A program made the translations under genes and the position numbers. The notes beneath the pieces are model-generated. The model searched no databases. It was given only the letters and a program-made list of their open reading frames with translations, and was not told the origin of the DNA. 64,000 nt of DNA from an uncultured Bacteroidota bacterium. Lineage in GTDB: Bacteria > Bacteroidota > Bacteroidia > Bacteroidales > P3. Position 1 is the stretch's first letter; every line of letters starts with the position of its first letter. Of the stretch, positions 8,240-17,518 are shown one piece after another. The DNA is taken from assembly GCA_902782185.1 (NCBI GenBank), contig CACZLT010000023.1, positions 6,933-70,932 of the forward strand. Reading direction: 5' to 3'.

Positions 8240-11200
8240 TTAGCGCACCATCATCTTGGTGGCGGCGGTGTGGCCGCCGATGATGACGTTGACCAGATAC
8301 ATACCCTTGGACATGCCCTGGGTCTGGAACGAGTAAAGGTTCTCGCCCTCGGAAGCCTGTCCGAGCTTGCGACTGATGACAAGGCGACCGTTGAGGTCAT
8401 AGACGCGGAGATGGGCTACGCCGGCCACAGCGGAGTTAACCACGATGTTGGCCTGGTTGAAGACAGGGTTGGGATAGAGGCTGACGCTGTTGAGACCCAG
8501 GTTGCGCACCGTGGGGATTCCGACGGGGGTGTAGTCAGCCGAATCGGCAACCTCATTGACGGTATCGGTAACATAGGTCATATCCATGAAGACACCGCGT
8601 CCGAAAGTGCCGAAATAGATGGCACGGGGCCATTTGGTCTTGGCGAAAACATTGCTGTTGGGCGTGATGCCGGTGTGGGTAAGGGTTCGGCGAACAGGGA
8701 GTTTATTGGTCTGCTGACACATGGCAGGCACAGGAATGTCGGGGATGTTCTCGTAGACCTGCCAGGTTCCGTTGCCCTGCTTGGTGAAGACACCGTTGGA
8801 GGTACCGACATAGATGGTGCCGGTGGAATCCTCGACAAGGGCGCAATAGGCAGGGATAGAGGGATAGGAGGCGATGCTCATCGGGGTGATGGCGGTCAAG
8901 TTGGTGCTGGGATTGTCAATGACAGCGACGTTGGCATAGTTGTCCGAAATCTCGTCGAAAGTAAGAATCAAACGATCCTGTCCTTCGCGCGGATCGACGG
9001 CAAGCGAACTGATGGGACGGGGGAAGAGGGTGGAACCATTGACACGGAAGGTATCAATCTGAAGAATCTGCTCCGAACCGGCATCGACGGAGAAATTTTG
9101 CATAACTTTGTAGTTCGGCAGGGTGTAGTCGGCATTCTCGAATCCGCTGACACGGAACAGCATTGACTGCTTGGTGAGGGTGTCGTAGGCACTGACGTAG
9201 ACGTGCAGACCGTCGCGGCTGATGACGGCATTGCGCGGGAACATATTCTTGTAAGCGGGATATGCGCGGTTGATTTCAAGGATGGGGCTCCAAAAATGGA
9301 GTTTCTCGTGGGGTGAGTTGGCGCTGGCGCCGAAGTCGCCCGAGTTGAACTCGTCAATGTCGAACACCTTGGTGAAGTCGGTGGGCTGCCATGAGTACCA
9401 CACGGCGCACTTGTCGCTCGGGCTTCCGTATTGGCCCGCGCGGGTGCCGATGGTAACCATACGAGACTGGATGGGGTTGATGGCCACCACGGTGTCCTTG
9501 GCGAGCTGGTTGGCGGTGAAGGTGTGCTCGAAGGGGTAGTCGGCATGGGCACGGCTGGAAAGGATAACCTTGTCGCCACGCTTGATCTTGAACGAAGAAC
9601 CATAACCCTCGCCGACGGGGATGGTGTCCCATTTCATCTGCTCCTCGTTGTACTGAAGGCGTACAGCAGTGGTGGTGCCAGGCAATGCAAGCCAGACCGT
9701 ATCGTAGACATCGGTTCCTTCACGCTTGCGGAATATATAGGAGAGGGTGTCGATGACCAGCTTGACGGTGCTGTTGAAGAATTCGTTCTTGTCAGTCTCC
9801 CAGAGCGAGAGGAATCCGATTTCGGGGCCGTCAACGATTTCGGAGGTCATGAAACCCTGACCGGTGGTCCAAGTGGTGGCATTGGTGTAGTCCAGGTAGT
9901 CGGCGTAGGTACGGCCAAGCTGGGCATTGCCGGAGGAGGTGAAGATGGTACGGCGCGCTTCGTCCGAGGGTCTGTAGCGCTGGAAAGCCGAGGCGGCAAC
10001 AGCGCCACCCGAACCGGCCATGAAGAGTACGTTGGCATCGTGGTTGAGGTTTCCAAGCGAGCCGTCGTCAAACCATGAGAGCCACGGGGTGCCTCCCACA
10101 TGAGCCATGTGTGCCTCGATAATGGGGCTGGAGTTGTTGTGGGCTCCGGTGATGATCGAACCGTCGGGGCATACAGCAATGCTATTGATTTCGACATTGT
10201 TCAAGCCACGGCTGATGTTTTCATAGCGGCCAAAATAAACAGTAGAGAAAATGCCGCCGTTGGTGGCAATATAGTAGTCATGATAGTCATAGGACTGGGG
10301 TTCCCCCTCACTGTCGGTATAGCGATGGATGCGATAGGCTGGGACAATCTGGTGGATACCCGAATGAACGAATCCACGATTGCCGTAGGCACTGGACATA
10401 TAGTCGCCGGAAAAGGCCATCAAGGCATGTTCATGACTGGAGGCGGTAGTCCACTGGTAGAGGGAGCCGTCCACATAGCCTTCGCCAATCCAGATGTTGT
10501 CGCCGGCGATGATGACTCGCTTGGGGTTCTGCGGATCCACGGCGATGGTGCCGACGGAGACTCCCGAATTGACAGAGAACGGCACCACGGTGGAAGTGGT
10601 GATGGTCTGCCAGGTCTGGCCATTGGTGGTAAGGTATAGGTTCTCCATCATGCCGTTGCGTTGGATTACCATGGCATAGACGTAGGAAGGATCGGTGGGA
10701 GCCATGGCCAGGCGGATGCGGCGAGCATTGGCAAATGCGGTGTTGGAGTTGGTAATATCGCTGATGCGGCGGCTAATTTCGGTATTGCCCACAGCGGCAT
10801 CGCCTATCTTGCACAAGCGCATATGGCCACTGAAGTAGGCCACCTTGGTAGAGCGGGAAATTTTGATTTCATCCACGGCATCGGAGTAGATCTCGAAAGG
10901 CTCCTGGCTGGCCCAGTCGCCACTGCTGGAAACCCTCCAACGGAAAAGACCCTTGGGGGTGGCAGCATAGAGGTTGAAGTTGCCGTCGCGATTGATGTAG
11001 TCGAGGTCATTGACGGAACTGAAGTTCTCGCTGTTGCTGCCGACGAGCATGGTGAACTGGCAGGCAACGGGGTCGAAACGGTAGATGCCTCGACCAGGGC
11101 TGCTCAAGGCGTGGTAGTTGGAGGAGTATTTGCGGTTGACGTTACCGGTGCCGATATAGAGGGCACCGTCGGAGCCTTGCACCATGCAGCTGATGGGGAG

Positions 11201-11542
11201 GGAGACCTCGCGACCGCTGGGATTGAAGTAGGGGATATGGTGCCAAATGGTGGTATCAACAGCCAACCTGGCAATACGGCTCTCGTCGGCACCGAGGCTG
11301 GTATAAAGCCTGCGAAGCAAGTTGGTGTCAGTGGTTCTGACGAAGAGGCCACCCGTTGCGGCACCAGCATAGAGGGTGTTGCGGGTGGTGTCGTTGATAT
11401 CGAGCACCAAGCTCGAGACCTCGCCACCGATATTGGAAGGTCCCACTTCGTAGAATTTTTTGCCAGTTTGGGCATCGGCACCCCCTCCGGCCAAAGTCAT
11501 CAGGCCCACAATGAGACCGAGCAGTACTTTGTTTCTTTTCAT
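8240..11542 (-). CDS. T9SS-sorted BNR/Asp-box (sortilin-like) beta-propeller protein
   Basis: It has the signal peptide MKRNKVLLGLIVGLMTLAGGGADAQ and Asp-box-like motifs (TTNGQTWQTI, QGNGTWQVY). The C-terminus ...MSKGMYLVNVIIGGHTAATKMMVR is typical of a T9SS CTD. Confidence 0.65.
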   Translation of the reverse strand: MKRNKVLLGLIVGLMTLAGGGADAQTGKKFYEVGPSNIGGEVSSLVLDINDTTRNTLYAGAATGGLFVRTTDTNLLRRLYTSLGADESRIARLAVDTTIWHHIPYFNPSGREVSLPISCMVQGSDGALYIGTGNVNRKYSSNYHALSSPGRGIYRFDPVACQFTMLVGSNSENFSSVNDLDYINRDGNFNLYAATPKGLFRWRVSSSGDWASQEPFEIYSDAVDEIKISRSTKVAYFSGHMRLCKIGDAAVGNTEISRRISDITNSNTAFANARRIRLAMAPTDPSYVYAMVIQRNGMMENLYLTTNGQTWQTITTSTVVPFSVNSGVSVGTIAVDPQNPKRVIIAGDNIWIGEGYVDGSLYQWTTASSHEHALMAFSGDYMSSAYGNRGFVHSGIHQIVPAYRIHRYTDSEGEPQSYDYHDYYIATNGGIFSTVYFGRYENISRGLNNVEINSIAVCPDGSIITGAHNNSSPIIEAHMAHVGGTPWLSWFDDGSLGNLNHDANVLFMAGSGGAVAASAFQRYRPSDEARRTIFTSSGNAQLGRTYADYLDYTNATTWTTGQGFMTSEIVDGPEIGFLSLWETDKNEFFNSTVKLVIDTLSYIFRKREGTDVYDTVWLALPGTTTAVRLQYNEEQMKWDTIPVGEGYGSSFKIKRGDKVILSSRAHADYPFEHTFTANQLAKDTVVAINPIQSRMVTIGTRAGQYGSPSDKCAVWYSWQPTDFTKVFDIDEFNSGDFGASANSPHEKLHFWSPILEINRAYPAYKNMFPRNAVISRDGLHVYVSAYDTLTKQSMLFRVSGFENADYTLPNYKVMQNFSVDAGSEQILQIDTFRVNGSTLFPRPISSLAVDPREGQDRLILTFDEISDNYANVAVIDNPSTNLTAITPMSIASYPSIPAYCALVEDSTGTIYVGTSNGVFTKQGNGTWQVYENIPDIPVPAMCQQTNKLPVRRTLTHTGITPNSNVFAKTKWPRAIYFGTFGRGVFMDMTYVTDTVNEVADSADYTPVGIPTVRNLGLNSVSLYPNPVFNQANIVVNSAVAGVAHLRVYDLNGRLVISRKLGQASEGENLYSFQTQGMSKGMYLVNVIIGGHTAATKMMVR

Positions 11543-11595
11543 AAGTGATTATTTATTAATTAGTTATTTTATTTTTTCGTTGAACAATTAACGTA

Positions 11596-11603
11596 CAAAG
11601 ATA
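11596..11603 (-). promoter_or_regulatory. -7 box (TATCTTTG) for the propeller gene
   Basis: The reverse complement of caaagata is TATCTTTG, about 54 nt upstream of the ATG at 11542. Confidence 0.55.
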
Positions 11604-11773
11604 CAAACTTTTTAATATATACAAGTAGAATGTGTATATTTTGGCGAAAAAAGTTTTCAACAGCCCCTGCTGGAGGGGGCTTTCGAAATCAAAAAAAAGT
11701 TTAAAAAAACAATAAAGTGATGTTTTTGCAGTTAAGGGGAATGTTATTTCACAGAAATAAAAAACACGAAAAT

Positions 11774-12769
11774 ATGGAACCCATTAACATTCAAGAACTC
11801 AACGAACGAATTGGACGCGAGAGCGCTTTCGTGGACGTGCTTACGATGGAACTCGGCAAGCAGATTGTGGGACAGAGGCATATGGTGGAGAGCCTGATGA
11901 TTGGCCTGTTGAGCAACGGACACGTGCTGCTCGAGGGTGTACCCGGACTGGCCAAGACACTGACCATCACCACCCTGGCCAAGGCCATCGATGCCAAGTT
12001 CAGCCGCATCCAGTTCACACCCGACCTGCTGCCCGCCGACCTGCTGGGCACGATGATCTACAGCCAGAAGAGCGAGACATTTCAAGTAAAGAAGGGCCCC
12101 ATTTTCAGCCATTTCATCCTGGCCGACGAAATCAACCGCGCCCCCGCCAAGGTGCAGAGCGCACTGCTCGAGGCCATGCAGGAGCGCCAGGTTACCATCG
12201 GCGAGCAAACCTTCAAACTGGAGGAACCTTTCCTCGTCATGGCCACACAGAACCCCATCGAGCAGGAGGGCACCTATCCCCTGCCCGAGGCGCAGGTAGA
12301 CCGCTTCATGCTGAAGGTGGTCATCACCTATCCCAAACGAGACGAGGAACGCCTCATCCTGCACCAGGCCATCAGCGGTGAGCGCATGCAGCAGCAGCAA
12401 CCCATCCTCAAGCCAGCCGACATACTAAAGGCCAGGGAATTGGTGCGCGAGGTGTACATGGACGAGAAAATCGAAACCTACATTACCGAAATCGTCTTCG
12501 CCACACGCTTCCCCGAGCAGTACGGCCTGGAGAAAATCAAGCCCCTCATCAGCTACGGCTCATCGCCGCGCGGCAGCATCAACCTGGCCGCCGCCGCCAA
12601 GGCATACGCCTTCCTCAAGCGCCGCGGCTATGTCATCCCCGAGGACGTGCGCGCCATCGCCATGGACGTGCTGCGCCACCGCATCGGGCTCACCTATGAG
12701 GCCGAGGCCGAGAATGTCAGCAGCGAAGAGCTGGTCAACGAAGTGCTCAACCGGGTTGACGTCCCCTAA
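11774..12769 (+). CDS. MoxR-family AAA+ ATPase (first gene of the Bat operon)
   Basis: LLEGVPGLAKT (Walker A), FILADEINRAP (Walker B) and QNPIEQEGTYPLPEAQVDRF match the MoxR pattern. The start was moved to the ATG (MEPINIQEL). Confidence 0.9.
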   Translation: MEPINIQELNERIGRESAFVDVLTMELGKQIVGQRHMVESLMIGLLSNGHVLLEGVPGLAKTLTITTLAKAIDAKFSRIQFTPDLLPADLLGTMIYSQKSETFQVKKGPIFSHFILADEINRAPAKVQSALLEAMQERQVTIGEQTFKLEEPFLVMATQNPIEQEGTYPLPEAQVDRFMLKVVITYPKRDEERLILHQAISGERMQQQQPILKPADILKARELVREVYMDEKIETYITEIVFATRFPEQYGLEKIKPLISYGSSPRGSINLAAAAKAYAFLKRRGYVIPEDVRAIAMDVLRHRIGLTYEAEAENVSSEELVNEVLNRVDVP

Positions 12770-12783
12770 CCCCTTCTCGCAAC

Positions 12784-12815
12784 ACTAGTCTTACTAGAAA
12801 AACTAGTTTAACTAG
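12784..12815 (+). repeat. ACTAG x4 array with exact 9-nt phasing in the moxR/DUF58 spacer
   Basis: cACTAGtcttACTAGaaaaACTAGtttaACTAGataATG, with ACTAG at 12784, 12793, 12802 and 12811. It ends 4 nt before the DUF58 ATG. Confidence 0.85.
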
Positions 12816-12818
12816 ATA

Positions 12819-13688
12819 ATGCCCATGAACGAAGACATCATCAAAAAGGTCCGCAAGATTGAAATCAAGGCTCGGGGCTTGTCGCAGCAAATGTTCAGCG
12901 GCGAGTACCATTCGGCCTTCAAGGGACGTGGCATGGTGTTCAGCGAGGTGCGCGAGTATCAGTACGGCGACGACGTGCGCAACATCGACTGGAACGTAAC
13001 CGCCCGCCTGGCGCACCCCTATGTCAAGGTATTTGAGGAGGAGCGCGAACTGACGGTGATGTTGTTGGTAGACGTCAGCGGATCGAACCGCTTCGGCACC
13101 CACAACCAGTTCAAGGAAGAACTGGCCGCTGAAGTGGCCGCCACGCTGGCATTCAGCGCCATAGCCAACAACGACAAGGTGGGTGTCATCCTCTTCAGCG
13201 ACCGCATCGAGAAGTTCATTCCGCCCAAGAAAGGCCGATCGCACATCCTGCGCATCATACGCGAACTCATCACCTTCCGCCCCGAAAGCAACGGCACCGA
13301 CATCGGCCTGGCTCTCGGCTACTTCGCCAACGTCATCAAGAAACGCTGCACCACCTTCCTGCTCTCCGACTTCTACGACACGGGCTACTCCGATGCCGTA
13401 AAGTTGGCCGCCGGCAAGCACGACTTAGTGGCGCTGCGGCTGGTGGATCGCCGCGAGGAAAAAACCGAAAACCTCGGCCTGGTGAAGTTCTACGACCCCG
13501 AGAGCAGCCGCACCCTGTGGGTCGACACCGGCAGTGCCTCAATGCGCCGCAAGGTGGACGCCCGCTTCGCCGAGCACCAGCGCGAGGTGGAGACGGTGAT
13601 GAAACGTTACGGCGTAGACCTGGCCACCATGCACACCGGCGAGGATTTTGTCAGGCCGCTCAAGGCGTTGCTGTCCAGAAGGAGTTGA
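12819..13688 (+). CDS. DUF58 domain protein (vWA-like; Bat operon)
   Basis: YQYGDDVRNIDWNVTARLAHPYVKVFEEERELTVMLLVDVSGS is the DUF58 signature. The gene sits in the canonical position after moxR. Confidence 0.85.
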   Translation: MPMNEDIIKKVRKIEIKARGLSQQMFSGEYHSAFKGRGMVFSEVREYQYGDDVRNIDWNVTARLAHPYVKVFEEERELTVMLLVDVSGSNRFGTHNQFKEELAAEVAATLAFSAIANNDKVGVILFSDRIEKFIPPKKGRSHILRIIRELITFRPESNGTDIGLALGYFANVIKKRCTTFLLSDFYDTGYSDAVKLAAGKHDLVALRLVDRREEKTENLGLVKFYDPESSRTLWVDTGSASMRRKVDARFAEHQREVETVMKRYGVDLATMHTGEDFVRPLKALLSRRS

Positions 13689-13706
13689 AATGAGGAGTTA
13701 ATACAA

Positions 13707-14585
13707 ATGATGAAAAATAAACATATCACTATAGTGTTGGTTGTTGCGGGCTGGCTGCTGCCTATTGCGCTACGCGGACAGGCGGTGGCCACGCTCAGCG
13801 CCGACACCATCCTACTGGGAGACCAGACCACCCTCACCATTAGCCATACGGCCGAGTTCCCGTCGACCGACATGCTCACCCGAGACGGCATCGTGGCCCT
13901 TGACCAACGGTTTGACACCGCCACCGCCTCACAGGCCACCGTCCTCACCTGCTTTGAACCCGGCGACCGCTACGTACGGTTCAGTCCCGACGATTCTCTG
14001 CTGCTGGTGGTGCTCGACGTGGAGGTGGATACCTCGGCCAACGCCGAGATACGCGACATCGCCAACATTGAGCGCGTCCCCTACACCTTTTGGGAAATTT
14101 TCCGCTGGGTACTGCTCACAATGGCAATCCTTGCTATCGCCTTCCTAGCCTGGTGGCTCTACACCCACCGCCGCAAGATACAGCAAGTGCTGGGCGTGGC
14201 CGAACCCATCGACACCCGCACCCCGGAGCAGCGCGCCCTCGACACCCTGGAGGAACTGCGCAACCGAAAGTTGTGGCAGAGCGGTAAGGTGAAGGAATAC
14301 CACACCGAGCTGACCGATGCCGTGCGCCGTTTCATCGAGGAGAGCACTTCCATCCGAGCCACCGACATGACCAGCGACGAGACCCTGTCGGAAATCGAAA
14401 GCTCGAAATTGAAAATCGAGACCTCGCTTCTACGCGACATCTTCACCACGGCCGACCTGGTGAAGTTCGCCAAGAGCGAGCCCCTGCCCCACGAGCACGA
14501 CCGCTCGATGGCCAACGCCGTGGAGTTCGTCAAGCAGATGTGGCAGTTGGTGAAACCGCAAGAGGAGGAGGCCGCCCATGAGTAA
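13707..14585 (+). CDS. DUF4381-like membrane protein (Bat operon)
   Basis: It has a signal peptide and a TM segment WVLLTMAILAIAFLAWWLYTHRRK, followed by ALDTLEELR...TDMTSDE. The gene sits in the canonical slot before batA. Confidence 0.6.
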   Translation: MMKNKHITIVLVVAGWLLPIALRGQAVATLSADTILLGDQTTLTISHTAEFPSTDMLTRDGIVALDQRFDTATASQATVLTCFEPGDRYVRFSPDDSLLLVVLDVEVDTSANAEIRDIANIERVPYTFWEIFRWVLLTMAILAIAFLAWWLYTHRRKIQQVLGVAEPIDTRTPEQRALDTLEELRNRKLWQSGKVKEYHTELTDAVRRFIEESTSIRATDMTSDETLSEIESSKLKIETSLLRDIFTTADLVKFAKSEPLPHEHDRSMANAVEFVKQMWQLVKPQEEEAAHE

Positions 14586-15513
14586 CATCACCTTTGCCCA
14601 CCCGTGGTTCCTGCTGGGACTGCTGCTGGTGCCGCTGATGGTGGCGTGGTACATTTGGCGCTACCGCAAGCAGGAGGCCGCCCTTCAGCACTCCAACCTC
14701 TCGCTCTTCGACGGCATCGGCCGCAGCCTGCGCGTCCGCCTGCGCTGGCTTCCCTACGCCCTGCGCGTCATTGCCGTGGCCGCCATAGTGGTGGCGCTGG
14801 CCCGCCCGCAGAGCCAGTTGAGCCGGCAGGAGATGACCGTGGAGGGCATCGACGTGGTGCTGGCCATGGACATCTCCGGTTCAATGCTGGCCGAGGACTT
14901 CAAGCCCAACCGTCTGGAAGCCGCCAAGAAGGTAGCCGCCGACTTCATCGAGGGGCGCAAAAACGACCGCATGGGGCTGGTGGTCTTCGCCGGCGAGGCG
15001 TTCACCCAAGTGCCCCTGACCATCGACCACCAAGTGCTGCTCAAGCAGCTGGGAGCCGTCAAAAGCGGCATCATCCAGGACGGCACCGCCCTCGGCGACG
15101 GCCTGGCCACCGCCATCAACCGCATCAAGGACAGCGAGGCCGAAAGCAAGGTCATCATCCTGCTCACCGACGGCGTGAACAACCAGGGCAGCGTCGACCC
15201 CCTCTCGGCCGCCGAAATCGCCGCCCTCTACAACATACGCCTCTACACCATCGGCGTGGGCTCGCTCGGCAAGGCTCCGTTCCCCTTCCGCGACCAGTTC
15301 GGGCGTGTACACTATCAAAACATTGACGTGGAAATCGACGAGGCCCTCATGAAGCAGATGGCCGCCGCCACCGGCGACGGACGTTACTTCCGCGCCACCA
15401 ACAAGAAAGCCCTCGAACAGATTTTCGACCAAATCGACGAGATGGAGACCTCGAAAATCGACGTAACCCAGTACGCCCAGACCGGAGGCTGCACTGCGAT
15501 ACATCTGGCTTAA
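14578..15513 (+). CDS. batA: BatA, vWA-domain aerotolerance protein (C-terminus looks truncated)
   Basis: It has N-terminal TM helices and the vWA MIDAS motif DISGSM. The protein ends ...KIDVTQYAQTGGCTAIHLA without a C-terminal TM helix. Confidence 0.8.
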   Translation: MSNITFAHPWFLLGLLLVPLMVAWYIWRYRKQEAALQHSNLSLFDGIGRSLRVRLRWLPYALRVIAVAAIVVALARPQSQLSRQEMTVEGIDVVLAMDISGSMLAEDFKPNRLEAAKKVAADFIEGRKNDRMGLVVFAGEAFTQVPLTIDHQVLLKQLGAVKSGIIQDGTALGDGLATAINRIKDSEAESKVIILLTDGVNNQGSVDPLSAAEIAALYNIRLYTIGVGSLGKAPFPFRDQFGRVHYQNIDVEIDEALMKQMAAATGDGRYFRATNKKALEQIFDQIDEMETSKIDVTQYAQTGGCTAIHLA

Positions 15514-15529
15514 ACGATAGACATTCGAC

Positions 15530-16576
15530 ATGATACATTTCGAACACCTAGAATACCTCTGGCTGCTGCTCCTGGTGCCGCTGCTGGCGCTGCTGTGGGG
15601 CTGGTTCGAGTGGCGCTCGCGCCGCCGCCTCGAACAATGGGCCGACAAAGGCATGTTCCCCCGCCTGCTGCCCGACGAGAAACGCTGGCGCCCCGTCGCC
15701 AAGCTCACCCTCACCCTCCTCGGCATCGCCCTCCTCATCGTCGCCCTGGCCAACCCCCAGTTCGGCACCAAGATTGAGAAAGGCAAGCGTGCCGGCAGCG
15801 ACGTGGCCATCTGCCTCGACGTCTCCAACTCGATGATGGCCGAGGACATACAGCCCAACCGACTCGAACGCAGCAAGCGCGTCGTCAGCAACTTGCTCTC
15901 CACCCTCGCCGGCGACCGCATCTCACTCATCGTCTTCGCCGGCACCAGCTACATCCAAATGCCACTCACCAACGACTACTCCGCCACCAAACTCTTCCTT
16001 GACCAAGTCTCGTGCGACATGATCACCACCCAAGGCACCGCCATCGGCGACGCCATCGACAAGGCGATGCAAACCTTCGGCTACGGCGACCCCGACCGAG
16101 AGTGGGTCTCCAACAAGGGGCGCGCCATCGTCGTCATCTCCGACGGCGAAAACCACGAGGACGACGCCGTGGGCGCTGCCCGCAACGCCCGCAAGCAGGG
16201 CGTCAGCGTCTCCACCATCGGCATGGGACTACCCTCCGGAACCCCCATCCCCGAGTACAATCCCCGAGGCCGCACCAACAACTACAAGCGCAACAAAGAG
16301 GGTTCCATCGTCATGACAAGCCTCAACGAGCAGATGTTGAGCGACATAGCCTCGGCTGGCGGCGGAGTATACATCCACGCCGGCAACGCCTCCACTTCGC
16401 TCTCCGACCTCACCAAAATCATCGAAGGGCTGGAAAAAGAGGAGTTCGGCGAGGCCGTCTTCAGCCAGTACGAGAGCCGTTACCGCTGGCCCCTGGCCGC
16501 CGGCCTGCTCTGCCTGCTGGCCGAAATCGTCCTCTTCGAGCGCCGCAACAAGAAATTCAAACTCTTCGAGCAATGA
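15530..16576 (+). CDS. batB: BatB, vWA-domain protein
   Basis: It has N-terminal TM helices, the vWA motif DVSNSM, and a C-terminal TM segment LAAGLLCLLAEIVLFERRNK. Confidence 0.85.
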   Translation: MIHFEHLEYLWLLLLVPLLALLWGWFEWRSRRRLEQWADKGMFPRLLPDEKRWRPVAKLTLTLLGIALLIVALANPQFGTKIEKGKRAGSDVAICLDVSNSMMAEDIQPNRLERSKRVVSNLLSTLAGDRISLIVFAGTSYIQMPLTNDYSATKLFLDQVSCDMITTQGTAIGDAIDKAMQTFGYGDPDREWVSNKGRAIVVISDGENHEDDAVGAARNARKQGVSVSTIGMGLPSGTPIPEYNPRGRTNNYKRNKEGSIVMTSLNEQMLSDIASAGGGVYIHAGNASTSLSDLTKIIEGLEKEEFGEAVFSQYESRYRWPLAAGLLCLLAEIVLFERRNKKFKLFEQ

Positions 16577-17376
16577 AACAAAACCCCAAAAAACTAGTGC
16601 CACTAGCTCTACTAGTACTCCTGGGCATACCCTCCGCCCAGACCCAGGCCGACCGCAGCCTGCTGCGCGAAGGCAATCGCCAGTACAAGCAGCAACGCTA
16701 CGACCAAGCCGAGCTCGGCTACCGCCGCGCCCTCGAGACCGACAGTCTCGACCCTCGCGCGCACTATAACCTCGGCAACACCCTCTACCGCCAGCAGCAC
16801 CTCGACGACGCCCTCCGCCACTACGAGCAGACCCTCCAGCGACCCGACCTCACCCCGCGGCAGCGCGCCAACACCCTCCACAACCGAGGCAACACCCACC
16901 TCCAGACCGCCCGCCAGGATCCCCAGCAGGCGCAGCAACACCTGCAGCAGGCCATCCAATCCTACCAAGACGCCCTCAAACTCGACCCCAAGAACAACGA
17001 CACGCGCTACAACCTCGCCCTTGCCCGCCGACTCCTGCAACAACAACAGCAAAACCAGCAGAATCAACAGCAACAGCAGAACCAGCAGGACAAACAGGAC
17101 AAGCAAGACCAACAAAACCAACAGAACCAGCAACAACAAAACCAACAACAGGACCAGAAAGACCAGCAGCGACAAAACCAGCAAAACCAACAGCAAGACG
17201 ACAACCAACAAGGCCAACAGAAAGAGTCGCAGCAGCAGCCCCACCCCAACCAGCAGCGCAAGCAGGATGCCGAGCGCATGCTGGAAGCCGTCAAGAACAA
17301 CGAACGGCAAACCCTTAAGGACCAAACAAAAAAGCTGCAGGCCACCGCAGGAAAACACACCGACAAAGACTGGTAA
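16573..17376 (+). CDS. batC: BatC, TPR protein with a Q/N-rich tail
   Basis: The ATG overlaps the batB stop (ATGA). It has the signal peptide MKQNPKKLVPLALLVLLGIPSAQ, TPR repeats (YNLGNTLYRQQHLDDALRHYEQ) and a Q-rich low-complexity tail. An ACTAG x3 array with 9-nt phasing lies at 16593..16615. Confidence 0.8.
   Translation: MKQNPKKLVPLALLVLLGIPSAQTQADRSLLREGNRQYKQQRYDQAELGYRRALETDSLDPRAHYNLGNTLYRQQHLDDALRHYEQTLQRPDLTPRQRANTLHNRGNTHLQTARQDPQQAQQHLQQAIQSYQDALKLDPKNNDTRYNLALARRLLQQQQQNQQNQQQQQNQQDKQDKQDQQNQQNQQQQNQQQDQKDQQRQNQQNQQQDDNQQGQQKESQQQPHPNQQRKQDAERMLEAVKNNERQTLKDQTKKLQATAGKHTDKDW
17038..17265 (+). repeat. CAA/CAG-rich low-complexity tract (poly-Q/N region of BatC)
   Basis: It encodes QQQQQNQQNQQQQQNQQDKQDKQDQQNQQNQQQQNQQQDQKDQQRQNQQNQQQDDNQQGQQ. 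Confidence 0.8.
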
Positions 17377-17390
17377 AAAAACACAACTTT

Positions 17391-17462
17391 CCCATATCGT
17401 CCCATAACGCTCCAGAGTTTATGTATTCATTAAGAGAGTATCTAGAGAGTACCTAGAGAACC
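17391..17462 (-). repeat. interspersed ~70-nt repeat, copy A (inverted orientation; between batC and batD)
   Basis: The reverse complement reads GGTTCTCTAGGTACTCTCTAGATACTCTCTTAATGAATACATAAACTCTGGAGCGTTATGGGACGATATGGG. Confidence 0.9.
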
Positions 17463-17518
17463 TCCCGGCTCCCCGGAGCATCCCACCGCCACCCACCAAC
17501 ACACCCAACCAACAGACA

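Noticed and set aside
16012-16572. The long N-terminal extension of the batC ORF (454 aa in the track)
   Set aside because: The extension is R/P/H-rich, lies entirely within batB in another frame, and precedes a perfect ATGA-coupled start with a signal peptide at 16573.
17038-17265. The poly-Q/N tract of BatC as a possible novel or prion-like element
   Set aside because: Q-rich low-complexity tails are, as far as I recall, a common feature of BatC proteins, so it is treated as an ordinary low-complexity repeat.
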